Of a stretch of DNA of 58,570 nucleotides, positions 35,234 to 44,166 are shown piece after piece. Every line of letters begins with the position of its first letter. Position 1 is the first letter of the stretch. This DNA is from a virus, in IMG/VR virus record IMGVR_UViG_3300006153_000019, positions 1 through 58,570 of that record. One strand, written 5' to 3'. The notes under the pieces were generated by a model. It had not been told where the DNA came from. It did no database searches and was given only the letters and a program-made list of their open reading frames with translations. Made by a program: the position numbers and the translations under genes.

Positions 35234-35647
35234 ATGAGAAGTGATTATCAAGGATATCTAATTAAATTTGGAGATTATCAGTTGCCAAATTCATTCATAA
35301 CTGAATATGCGATTGTCCCTAATCAGCGTATCGAGAAAAAGGCATGGAGGGATAACACGGAGTATTTACAACGTGTTACCTCTCCTAACTTCAAAACCAC
35401 TATTAAACCAGTAGTTAGAAAAATGAATCAAGATGAATTTGATTTATTTATTTCCATCAAAGCCCATGGATTATTAAATATTGACCAACGCAAATACAAT
35501 GTAACCTATTGGAATACAGAAACCATGACTTATGCAACAGGGGAATTTTATGTACCAGATATTGAAAACAAAATAACTCATATTGCAGATAATGACACTG
35601 GGGAAATGTATTATGACGGGTTTACTTGGGAAATGATTCAATATTAA
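35234..35647 (+). CDS. distal tail protein-like small tail component
   Basis: 137 aa directly after the tape measure gene; call by position. Confidence 0.5.
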   Translation: MRSDYQGYLIKFGDYQLPNSFITEYAIVPNQRIEKKAWRDNTEYLQRVTSPNFKTTIKPVVRKMNQDEFDLFISIKAHGLLNIDQRKYNVTYWNTETMTYATGEFYVPDIENKITHIADNDTGEMYYDGFTWEMIQY

Positions 35648-35656
35648 GGTGGCAAC

Positions 35657-38149
35657 ATGATAAATTTAGAACAAAGATTTAAGGATTTATATAATACATA
35701 TGGCGGAAAAAGTGCCCGTCTAGTTTTCTACAAAAAGCAATATCATCATACTGTATATCCTAGAGCTGGGTTATATCCATCATACCAGTTGTATCCCCAT
35801 CAATATGAGGAAGATGTTGTGGATTTTGTTATAGGTGATGACATGATTCACACTGATACACTGGAAATCACGGAAAGTTTGTGTTCAGATGAAAACCTAG
35901 ACTTTGGAGCATGTGAAGCGGCAAAACTTGAGATAGTGGTTTCGGGTGATAAATATATTCGTCCATTATACCCACGTTCTGGGCTGTATCCGCACGCTGA
36001 TTTATATCCTGCTGAAAGCCTAGTAGGACGTGAATTTGCCCTTGTGGAGTCATTTGTCAGCATAGAGGATAGTTATCCACATGTCGGTCTATATCCACAT
36101 GCTGGTCTTGTTCCCTCTAAAAGTATAGTTCGTGGGTTGTTTACTATAGAATCTATTCCGAAAGAAGATGATAGGGATACCCGCCGAATTATTGCATATG
36201 ACCGCATGAACCGTTTTAATATAGACGTATCTGATTGGTATGAAACAATACCATTTCCTATTACATTAAAGCGATTTCGGGCAGCATTATGCAGCTATGT
36301 TGGTATTCCACAGGTCAATACAAATCTGGTAAATGATGATTTGATAATTGAAAAAACATTAGACACAGAAACACTAAATGGACGGGATTTAATTAGGTAT
36401 ATTTGTCAAATTAATGGCGTATTTGGAAATATCAATTACAATGGTGAATTTCGTTATGTAGTGATTCCAAAAAAGGACAGGATTACAGATACAATCACTA
36501 TATATAAATCTGTGGATTCCGAGGAATTCATAGTACCAGCTATTGATAAAGTAAAAATACGCCAAGAAGAAGCGGACATTGGTGGAAGCAGTACAGGCGA
36601 AGGAAATAACTTTTACATAATTGAAGGTAATTTTTTAGTATTTGGAAAAACTACAGCGCAATTAAATCAAATTGCTAATAACATTAAATCTGTTGTAAGC
36701 GAGCTGGAATATCGTCCAGCTACGATTGTAGGTAATGCAGCCCCATGGTATGAAATGGGTGACAGGATACGGATATCAACAAGTGATGGTGATGTTAATA
36801 CTATCATAATGTATCGTACATCTTCTGGTATACAAGGCCCCACAGATACGATTGAAAGCACTGGCAGTACTGAGCTTAACCAAACATTTAATCTTGAATC
36901 ACAGATAATTCAAACAAAAGGATTAGTAGCGAAAGTTAAATTTACAGTTGAGGAAGTTTCAACAGAGCTAATAAATTTTGAGAAAGAAACCTCCACGAAA
37001 TTTACTCAAACGGCTGAAAAGATTGAATTAGAAGCAAAGCGGGCTACTAAAGCTGAGGGAGAGTTATCTGCTAGAATTACCATAACAGCAGAAGCAATAA
37101 CTACCGAAGTTACACGAGCCACTAAAGCAGAGGGGACACTTAACACACGTATTACCCAGACGGCAGAATCTATAACATCAGAAGTCAACAGAGCTAAAGG
37201 CGAGGAATCAAGATTAAATTCTAGGATAAATCAAACTGCTACTGATATTTCCTTAGAAGTAACAAGAGCTACCAAAGCAGAGGGAGAACTGTCTGGAAAG
37301 ATTACCGTACAAGCTGATAGGATTACATCAGAAGTAACAAGAGCTACCAAAGCAGAGGGAAATTTAAGTAGTAAAATTACTCAAACAGCAGACGCAATAA
37401 ATGTTAGAATTGATAATACGAATTATTCATTAGGGTCCGTAAGCATGGATTTATCACTAACGGCCGAAGAACTAAGGTCAGAAGTTAGCAGAGCTAAAGA
37501 AGCTGAAAGCAGTATAATAAGTCAAACTTCAAGTATGATATCGGCAAAAGTAAGCAAAGGTGATGTATGTTCTCAAATTAACCAAGAGGCAGGACAAATA
37601 AAATTAACAGCTAATAGACTTGTTTTTGACTCTAAAAATATCAAACTAGATTCTAGTGGTATCAAAGTTATAGGGGACAAATTTTCCTTTAGCGTTGATT
37701 CCAGTGGCGTATCTCTTGGAGATTTTGAAGTAAGTGATGAATATGGTCGTAATACATTCCAAAGTAAAGACCAAGTAAATGGTATGTCAACAGCAGAAGT
37801 AACAAGCGGAAAGTACTATTTATGGGCTGGATATGGTAGCGGTAGTTATGGCATTGATTCACTGTTTTTGGTAAATACTTCTCAAGTTCATGCCACTCAT
37901 AATTTTTTTCTGCATGGGCCAGATGGTAAAGGAGGTACTAAGGTGATAAATGTATTTGACGCTATTGTAGCGTTGCAAGGTGGTGGAACAGGAGATACTT
38001 GTCCATCTGACAGTAGTTGCAGCTCTTATTCTAGTTGTAGTTCAAAGACCAGTTGCAGTTCAAAAACTAGCTGCCCAGATGATACTGCAAGCGGATGTTC
38101 TATCAAAGGTTGCATAGCCCTTACATGTGGGCCAGATGATGTAAAATGA
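35657..38149 (+). CDS. tail-associated / tail fibre protein (830 aa) with GLYP repeats, 25-aa fibre repeats and a Cys/Ser-rich C-terminal tail
   Basis: YPRAGLYP, YPRSGLYPHADLYP and YPHVGLYPHAGL motifs; 5 copies of VTRATKAEGxL..IT.TAE.ITSE; position after the distal tail protein. Confidence 0.8.
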   Translation: MINLEQRFKDLYNTYGGKSARLVFYKKQYHHTVYPRAGLYPSYQLYPHQYEEDVVDFVIGDDMIHTDTLEITESLCSDENLDFGACEAAKLEIVVSGDKYIRPLYPRSGLYPHADLYPAESLVGREFALVESFVSIEDSYPHVGLYPHAGLVPSKSIVRGLFTIESIPKEDDRDTRRIIAYDRMNRFNIDVSDWYETIPFPITLKRFRAALCSYVGIPQVNTNLVNDDLIIEKTLDTETLNGRDLIRYICQINGVFGNINYNGEFRYVVIPKKDRITDTITIYKSVDSEEFIVPAIDKVKIRQEEADIGGSSTGEGNNFYIIEGNFLVFGKTTAQLNQIANNIKSVVSELEYRPATIVGNAAPWYEMGDRIRISTSDGDVNTIIMYRTSSGIQGPTDTIESTGSTELNQTFNLESQIIQTKGLVAKVKFTVEEVSTELINFEKETSTKFTQTAEKIELEAKRATKAEGELSARITITAEAITTEVTRATKAEGTLNTRITQTAESITSEVNRAKGEESRLNSRINQTATDISLEVTRATKAEGELSGKITVQADRITSEVTRATKAEGNLSSKITQTADAINVRIDNTNYSLGSVSMDLSLTAEELRSEVSRAKEAESSIISQTSSMISAKVSKGDVCSQINQEAGQIKLTANRLVFDSKNIKLDSSGIKVIGDKFSFSVDSSGVSLGDFEVSDEYGRNTFQSKDQVNGMSTAEVTSGKYYLWAGYGSGSYGIDSLFLVNTSQVHATHNFFLHGPDGKGGTKVINVFDAIVALQGGGTGDTCPSDSSCSSYSSCSSKTSCSSKTSCPDDTASGCSIKGCIALTCGPDDVK
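37034..37408 (+). repeat. five tandem 75-bp coding repeats (25-aa fibre repeat)
   Basis: repeated ..RATKAEGELS.KIT.TAD.ITSEV.. units; approximate bounds. Confidence 0.7.
37979..38146 (+). other. 56-aa Cys/Ser-rich C-terminal extension of the fibre (8 Cys; C-x5-C four times, then x7, x4, x4)
   Basis: GGGTGDTCPSDSSCSSYSSCSSKTSCSSKTSCPDDTASGCSIKGCIALTCGPDDVK. Confidence 0.8.
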
Positions 38150-39474
38150 AAAAAATTCTTGAATATTTAAACAGTATTTATAATGTTCTTGGCTTGCAAG
38201 AATATGACCCAAATAAAAAATACAGAATTAGTCCATTTATTATAAAAGAAGAAGTTGCAAACGGATATTTGATTTATAATACATTAACTTGTGAGATGGT
38301 TTTTGCTACAGATGAAGATTTGACAGAAAGCCAAGAATATTTTGTACTTAGATGGTTCCTAATAGATAAAGATATTGACCCATATAGTATGTGTAAAACT
38401 TTCAAGCGAATATGGACACACATGAAAAAAAGAAAGTATATGGGAAAGATTGCACAGTATGTTATTTTTACCACAACAAATTGTAATGCTCGGTGTAAAT
38501 ACTGTTATGAATCTGGATGTTTAAAAGAGGATATGTCTGTAGAAACGGCACAAAAGGTTGCTGAATATATCAATATGACTACAAATGGGAATGTATCAAT
38601 TCAATGGTTCGGTGGAGAACCGTTATACAATGCACAGGCTATAAATATCATATCTGAAAGATTGCGTGAGAGTTTTTTCCCCTATTCCTCTACAATAGTT
38701 TCTAATGGATATTTATTTGACCAGTGTGACATTAAAACGCTAAAAGACCTGTGGAAACTGGACAAAGTGCAGATTACATTAGATGGTACAGAGGACAATT
38801 ATAATGTTGCTAAAGCCTATGTGGAAGCCTGTGAAAATCCATTTGATAAAGTTCTGAACAATATAGAATATCTAGTATCAAATGATATTGGTGTTACTGT
38901 ACGAATGAATCTATCAAATGACAATATAGACGATATGCATAGTCTGATTGATTTGTTGCATGAACGGTTCGGAAAGTATAAAAGATTTTCTGCCTATTCT
39001 CACCCGTTATTTGATGGTGGGAGCTTCCACGGTGCCTGCACCAAAGAAGAACATAGAGAAATTACAGAAGGATACATAGCTATCCAAGAACATTTAAAAC
39101 GCTGTGGTCTATGTGGTGATTATCCTATTGATAAAGTAAGAATTACAGAATATTGCATGGCTAATAGCATGTCAAGTGTTACTATATCGCCAAGTGGCAA
39201 AGTAGGGCTATGTGAGCATTACCCAGATACAGAGCTAATTGGAAATATTCAAACCGATACAGATAAATTTGATAAAAGGGTAGTATCTGCTTGGCAAGAA
39301 CTATATGAAAGTATAGAATGTCGCACATGCCCATTATATCCGCAATGTGCGAAAATAAAAAAATGTCCAACGAGTGAATGTAATGCAGAGTGGCGGGACC
39401 ACCTAGAATTCCAGATACGGGATTCTATGCGAAATACATATAAAAAATACAAGGAGGAGCAGTCAACCAGATGA
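38146..39474 (+). CDS. radical SAM / SPASM-domain peptide-maturase-like enzyme
   Basis: CNARCKYC (CX3CX2C) at about aa 113; C-terminal ..SPSGKVGLCEHY..CRTCPLYPQCAKIKKCPTSEC (SPASM-like); ATG overlaps the fibre stop (ATGA). Confidence 0.8.
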   Translation: MKKILEYLNSIYNVLGLQEYDPNKKYRISPFIIKEEVANGYLIYNTLTCEMVFATDEDLTESQEYFVLRWFLIDKDIDPYSMCKTFKRIWTHMKKRKYMGKIAQYVIFTTTNCNARCKYCYESGCLKEDMSVETAQKVAEYINMTTNGNVSIQWFGGEPLYNAQAINIISERLRESFFPYSSTIVSNGYLFDQCDIKTLKDLWKLDKVQITLDGTEDNYNVAKAYVEACENPFDKVLNNIEYLVSNDIGVTVRMNLSNDNIDDMHSLIDLLHERFGKYKRFSAYSHPLFDGGSFHGACTKEEHREITEGYIAIQEHLKRCGLCGDYPIDKVRITEYCMANSMSSVTISPSGKVGLCEHYPDTELIGNIQTDTDKFDKRVVSAWQELYESIECRTCPLYPQCAKIKKCPTSECNAEWRDHLEFQIRDSMRNTYKKYKEEQSTR

Positions 39475-39647
39475 AAGCAATAGCATATAAACCAGATGAC
39501 CTAGATGAACTTGCTAGGTTATTAGATTTAATTCCAGTCAAAGGCATGAAACGTATTAGGATTATGTCAAGAATTGGCGATATCTTGAATTCTGGAATTC
39601 CTGTAGAAATAAACGATAACAAAGAAAACAATGAAAATAAAAAATAA
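39471..39647 (+). CDS. 58-aa Cys-free small protein translationally coupled to the rSAM gene
   Basis: ATGA overlap with the rSAM stop; MKAIAYKPDDLDELARLLDLIPVKGMKRIRIMSRIGDILNSG.. Confidence 0.45.
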   Translation: MKAIAYKPDDLDELARLLDLIPVKGMKRIRIMSRIGDILNSGIPVEINDNKENNENKK

Positions 39648-39662
39648 AAGGAGAATCTGTAA

Positions 39663-40202
39663 ATGGAAGAGATTTACACCAGTAAGTTAGCGGACGGAAT
39701 TACCAACGAAACACAAGAACAGGAGCCACTTAGCCTAGAGGAGGCACAAATTAACGCTCTGGCAACTTTAGCCGATACAGCGGGAGCACTTTCCCGTGCA
39801 GTATCAAAAATTGCAGCTTATGTACCTACTCAATGGGTGGATAACAGCGAACCTAGTATTACAGCCGCAAGACTCATGCACATTGAAAACGGTATCAGAG
39901 ACGCTACTAATGCGGTTAATAATGCAATCGACAGCATTACTGAGCTAAACGGCAGAATAAAATATATAACTAAAGGAAGTTTTACTATTGAGATATCAAA
40001 TGTACATGAAACTCGTATCACTGTACCAGGTGATTTTAATAATTTGGATAATTATTTTGTAATAATTTTTCCTGGAGGCTCTGAAATTTTAGATAAAACT
40101 TGGAGCTATTATATACGTGAATCAAATAAAAGTTCATTTGTAGCAGGTTTTTCTATATCTAGCCCAGGAAGTTATTTATTTAAGTATATTGTGATTGCAT
40201 GA
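39663..40202 (+). CDS. fibre-like receptor-binding protein: constant 94-aa N-terminus plus currently expressed C-terminal cassette a
   Basis: SD AAAGGAG; ..WVDNSEPSITAARLMHIENGIRDA.. fibre-type motif; crossover site A inside the gene at codons 95-98 (LNGR). Confidence 0.7.
   Translation: MEEIYTSKLADGITNETQEQEPLSLEEAQINALATLADTAGALSRAVSKIAAYVPTQWVDNSEPSITAARLMHIENGIRDATNAVNNAIDSITELNGRIKYITKGSFTIEISNVHETRITVPGDFNNLDNYFVIIFPGGSEILDKTWSYYIRESNKSSFVAGFSISSPGSYLFKYIVIA
39945..39956 (+). repeat. crossover site A (CTAAACGGCAGA)
   Basis: 20-nt identity ctgagctaaacggcagaata (39940..39959) with inverted site D. Confidence 0.75.
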
Positions 40203-40304
40203 ATCTAAGCAAATTTTCTTAATATTTAAGTATGGAAGGAGTAGTCCCTCAGAATGGAAGCAAATCAACTTTGAAACCGAATAAAATTTATTAGAAATAA
40301 TACA

Positions 40305-40814
40305 TTATGTGGCGGAAAAATATCTCCATTCACTCCATTGTTCACTCGCATTTTTTCTTTTAATAGCTATTTTATCAGACCCAAAGCCAAATACAATCAT
40401 TGCACCATATAGAATATTTTCTGTTACCAACTGTAATACAAATGCTGCATTTCCTCCAAGTTCTGGGGGAAGGTTTGTACTACCTGCTATCGCTTGAAAG
40501 ATTGAATATGATGGTGGATTATCTAAATCATATTTTCCTTTTGGGATTCTGCCGAATTGGGAAAATTCTACTGGTTCTGAATAACTGGGAGTATTTCCTG
40601 CACCACGTTCTAAAGTAAACAATTTATTATCTTGAGTTATAACAATAAATTGTGCTGAATTATCAGTTTGTACATTTGCAAATATACGACACCAAACACG
40701 TTCACTTACCATCGATAATAGTTCCGTAAAATCCATTCCACAATACCAACCACTTTTTGTTATAACATTAAGGCTTTGGTGCGTTAAAATTTTAGAAGAA
40801 AATCTGCCGTTTAG
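40305..40814 (-). other. silent C-terminal cassette b (169 aa, opens at LNGR of site B)
   Basis: frame open from the core through the annotated 143-aa ORF 40305..40736; ends ..EQWSEWRYFSAT. Confidence 0.65.
40803..40814 (-). repeat. crossover site B (inverted)
   Basis: tctgccgtttag; in-frame TAG immediately upstream (40815..40817) on the minus strand. Confidence 0.75.
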
Positions 40815-40823
40815 CTAATTAAA

Positions 40824-40854
40824 TCCGTCTATGAACTTCTGTTTCATAGACGGA
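40824..40854. terminator. perfect 12-bp-stem hairpin insulating site B from the endolysin gene
   Basis: tccgtctatgaa-cttctgt-ttcatagacgga. Confidence 0.45.
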
Positions 40855-40953
40855 CTGTAGAAATAATGCTAATGGTTTTAACACATTGTATAAACGCAAA
40901 AACGATAAAATATAACGAGATATTTTAATTTATTAGTAGAAAGGAATAAATTT

Positions 40954-41730
40954 ATGAATCCAAAAGAAAAGGTAATACATATTGCTAGAAAAGAAGTAGG
41001 ATATCTGGAAAAGAAGTCTAATAAAAACCTAGATGATAAAACAGCTAATGCAGGTAGCAACAATTATACTAAATATGCAAGGGACCTATATCCTAGCTTA
41101 CAGGCACAAGCATGGTGTGATATGTTTGTAGATTGGTGCTTTGTTCAAGCTTTCGGGCAGGTCAAGGCTAGACAAATGCTTGGCGGTGGGTTTAGTGCTT
41201 ATACGCCTACTTCTGCTCAATATTATAAAAATAAAGGAAGGTGGAGAGGATTCCCAGAGGTAGGAGACCAGATATTTTTTAAAAATTCTACCCGTATCTG
41301 TCACACCGGAATTGTTACTACTATATCATCAGAACAAGTGTTTACCATTGAAGGGAATACAAGTGGTGCCTCTGGTGTAATTGCTAACGGTGGCGGAGTA
41401 TGTGAGAAATCCTATCCCTTAAACTATGTTAATATTGCTGGATATGGTCGTCCTGATTGGTCACTGGTAGACACTCCTAAATATGATATAGGTTGGAACC
41501 ATGACAATAACGGCTGGTGGTATGCTGATACACAGTCTAGTTATTATAAATCCTGTTGGCAGGTCATCAATGGACACCGATACTATTTTAATGAAGATGG
41601 TTATGCATTAAAAGGCTGGCAAGAAATTGAGGGGAAATGGTACTATTTTGAGCCAAGAGAGGGACACCCACTAGAATGTGGATTGTATGTCACAGATTCT
41701 ACAGGTATGCAGACAGTAGGCGTTTTCTAA
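40954..41730 (+). CDS. endolysin: CHAP domain plus cell-wall-binding (CW_binding_1-type) repeats
   Basis: ..NNYTKYA..QAWCDMFVDWCF..ICHTGIV..EGN.. (CHAP Cys/His); C-terminal GWW/YYF repeats. Confidence 0.85.
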   Translation: MNPKEKVIHIARKEVGYLEKKSNKNLDDKTANAGSNNYTKYARDLYPSLQAQAWCDMFVDWCFVQAFGQVKARQMLGGGFSAYTPTSAQYYKNKGRWRGFPEVGDQIFFKNSTRICHTGIVTTISSEQVFTIEGNTSGASGVIANGGGVCEKSYPLNYVNIAGYGRPDWSLVDTPKYDIGWNHDNNGWWYADTQSSYYKSCWQVINGHRYYFNEDGYALKGWQEIEGKWYYFEPREGHPLECGLYVTDSTGMQTVGVF

Positions 41731-41744
41731 TCACATTAAGAAAA

Positions 41745-41790
41745 AGGTTGATTTGTGATTCTTTCCGAAAAACAAATCAACCTCTTTTTT
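41745..41790 (+). terminator. rho-independent terminator after the endolysin
   Basis: aggttgatttgt-N15-acaaatcaacct then cttttttac. Confidence 0.8.
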
Positions 41791-41891
41791 ACTACTTTCA
41801 CAAATAATTTCAACTCACATATACTTAGTACAGTATAGACTTATTTGTATAATATAATAAAAATAAGATAATGTCAATATTTAATTCTTAC

Positions 41892-41903
41892 CTAAACGGC
41901 AGA
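41892..41903 (+). repeat. crossover site C
   Basis: ctaaacggcagaat shared with sites A and D. Confidence 0.75.
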
Positions 41904-42461
41904 ATTGGTGATATTAGATATACAGGTATTTCTAGTGACTTAAATGTTGCATCTAATAGTATTGTGCAGGTTATGAAATATAACATAGATACTCTTAATA
42001 CTCCTAAAACAGAAGGTATAACTGTTTCTGGTGATGGAATTGTAATATCATATGCTAATAGTAGATATGGTGTACAAATTTGTGCAGCCCAAGCGATTGA
42101 TACGTTATTTGTTCGCCGAAAACTTGATTCTACTTGGAGTGAATGGAATAACTTAGTTGATGTACCATCTAAACTTTTAATTGGTATCGTTTATAATCAA
42201 GACAATGATTCTATTAAAACATTAGTAAACAAACTTGTTAATGATGTTAAAACAAGAGAAAATGGAGTATATTATTACAGTGGTTCATTTAAAAATCATG
42301 CTGGCGGTTATGCTGCAACAGTCAATAGAATTTCATATCCAGAGGGAACCATTCGATATTATGGCACAATCCAAACATTAACAACATCTCCATATATGTT
42401 TATTTATTCCAGTGACGGAATAGAAAAATTATTTCAACTTACCTCAAATGAGATAAACTAG
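41892..42461 (+). other. silent C-terminal cassette c (189 aa from LNGR)
   Basis: ORF 41871..42461 has an ATG 7 codons before the core but no SD; contains ..STWSEWNNL. Confidence 0.6.
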
Positions 42462-42471
42462 ATTTACTAAT

Positions 42472-42945
42472 TTATTCCTTGAATGAGACATTAAACTCTT
42501 TCCAGGAAGCACCTGCCCAGGATTCATTATATTTTGAGCGCATATAATAATGACCTCCTGTTGCTAATGTAAATCCAAATTGAATCGCATAATTAGCATT
42601 ATTATTCAATGGAAATACTATAAATTGAAACCAACCTGTTGTAGGAGCGTTTTTTAAATTCTCACCAGAAAAAAATCCAAATTTATTGAAATCGTTCATA
42701 TCAGCTCCTTCTGGTATGGCTAAATTTACTTGCATTTCTCTGTCAGTAATAATTAGACGTTCGTTATCCCATTTTCCATTAGTAATATTATTTATTCGAT
42801 ATGAATTATCTGATTTGACGTGAGATAAATGCAATGCAGTTTGTACTGTACTGTCATTTCTTTTCAAAAGTTGTAGATAGGTTGAATCCTGATTATCATT
42901 TGCCCATACTTGAACATTATTTCCTGTTTGTATTCTGCCGTTTAG
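42472..42945 (-). other. silent C-terminal cassette d (157 aa from LNGR)
   Basis: ORF 42472..42999 has only a TTG start; ..AELNGRIQTG..; ends ..ASWKEFNVSFKE. Confidence 0.6.
42934..42945 (-). repeat. crossover site D (inverted)
   Basis: 42931..42950 is the exact reverse complement of 39940..39959. Confidence 0.75.
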
Positions 42946-43048
42946 CTCAGCAATATAATTATTCTCCTTTAATATTTCTAGGCATAGAAAATAAACCAAC
43001 CCTTAAATTGGCTTTTCAAATGTATATTTAATATTTATTTATGCATAT

Positions 43049-44071
43049 TTATGCAACACATTTATAGTATGAACTTCTTACATTTTCCTGCCCCACATTA
43101 CAATAAATTAAGGTAGTATCCATTTTTGTATGACCCATCAGCTTCATTAGTTCTTCAATCTTCATTCCTCTATTCATCATATTGGTAGCAAAGGTCCTGC
43201 GAAATCGGTGCGGGTGGACATTTTCTATCCCTGCCTTTTCGCCAATTTTCCGACAAAGCAATTCTATCCCTGGTTTCTGTATGCGGTTAAATGGCTTCTT
43301 CGTACAGATAAATAATGGCTTATGTTTAATTTCCTCTAAGGTGCTATTTTCTATTGTTACCCTCCATTTTAAATAATCCTTTAAGTGAAATGCTGCTACA
43401 TCTGAAAAATACACAATTCTTTCCTTGTTGCCTTTTCCAGTTACCAGGAATTGTTTTTTAACCATGTCGATATCTCCTATATTTAAGGAGCTTAATTCAC
43501 TGACTCGTAATCCAGTTGAATGTAGAAATTCAATCAATGCCCTATCTCGTACATGCGTACAACATTGCCGTATTGCTTCCATATCCTCAGCGGAAAAAGC
43601 TTTTCTGATGGTCTGCTCAACTTTTGGAGTTTCAATCCGTGATACAGGATTACTATTGATTACCCCCTCATTCAGCAGGAAACTATAGAAACTATTCAAA
43701 TAATGGATTTTATTCTGAATTGTAGACATCTTATTACCTCGCTGTTCTTGTAACATTCCTAAATACCAGCGTAAATCCATGGTAGTTATATCCTTAAATG
43801 GTTTGCCTATAGAAGTACGGCAGTAGCGTAATTCACCTATATATTGTTCTAGCGTCCCATCAGCTCGCCCCGCAATGATTTTAGACGCTTTGAACAGTTG
43901 CATTAACCGGATATCTTCATCAGATTCTATAGGAATAATCTCACATTTTTCTTCTACAATAACCTTATCCCGAAAGGTAATGAATAGAACATTTTTAAGT
44001 TTCTCAATCTGTCCAGAATCTAAAACTTCACTCATTATTTGACAGACTTCTAGTAAAATCTTTTCTAACAT
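43049..44071 (-). CDS. XerC/D-Rci-type tyrosine recombinase adjacent to site D (candidate shufflon invertase)
   Basis: ..HPHRFRRTFATN.. and ..LMGHTKMDTTLIYCNV..; ATG after CAGGGGGA; about 100 bp from site D. Confidence 0.8.
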   Translation of the reverse strand: MLEKILLEVCQIMSEVLDSGQIEKLKNVLFITFRDKVIVEEKCEIIPIESDEDIRLMQLFKASKIIAGRADGTLEQYIGELRYCRTSIGKPFKDITTMDLRWYLGMLQEQRGNKMSTIQNKIHYLNSFYSFLLNEGVINSNPVSRIETPKVEQTIRKAFSAEDMEAIRQCCTHVRDRALIEFLHSTGLRVSELSSLNIGDIDMVKKQFLVTGKGNKERIVYFSDVAAFHLKDYLKWRVTIENSTLEEIKHKPLFICTKKPFNRIQKPGIELLCRKIGEKAGIENVHPHRFRRTFATNMMNRGMKIEELMKLMGHTKMDTTLIYCNVGQENVRSSYYKCVA

Positions 44072-44097
44072 AAAAATCCCCCTGTTTTGCATGATAT

Positions 44098-44123
44098 AGA
44101 AAAAACGCCCCTCACGGAGCGTT
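44098..44123 (-). terminator. rho-independent terminator upstream of the recombinase gene
   Basis: minus strand reads AACGCTCC-GTGA-GGGGCGTT then TTTTTT. Confidence 0.55.
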
Positions 44124-44166
44124 CTTCCTACTTGCTAATATTCACAATAAATCTATGTATCTGCCG

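Larger units (their letters stand above)
39945..42945. mobile_element. multi-inversion (shufflon-like) region bounded by crossover sites A and D
   Basis: four copies of CTAAACGGCAGA in alternating orientation; segments S1 39957..40802, S2 40815..41891, S3 41904..42933. Confidence 0.7.

Noticed and set aside
37034-37408. Regular 75-bp tandem repeats that could be mistaken for a CRISPR-like array
   Set aside because: The repeats are contiguous with no spacers, in frame, and encode a 25-aa fibre repeat inside a long ORF.
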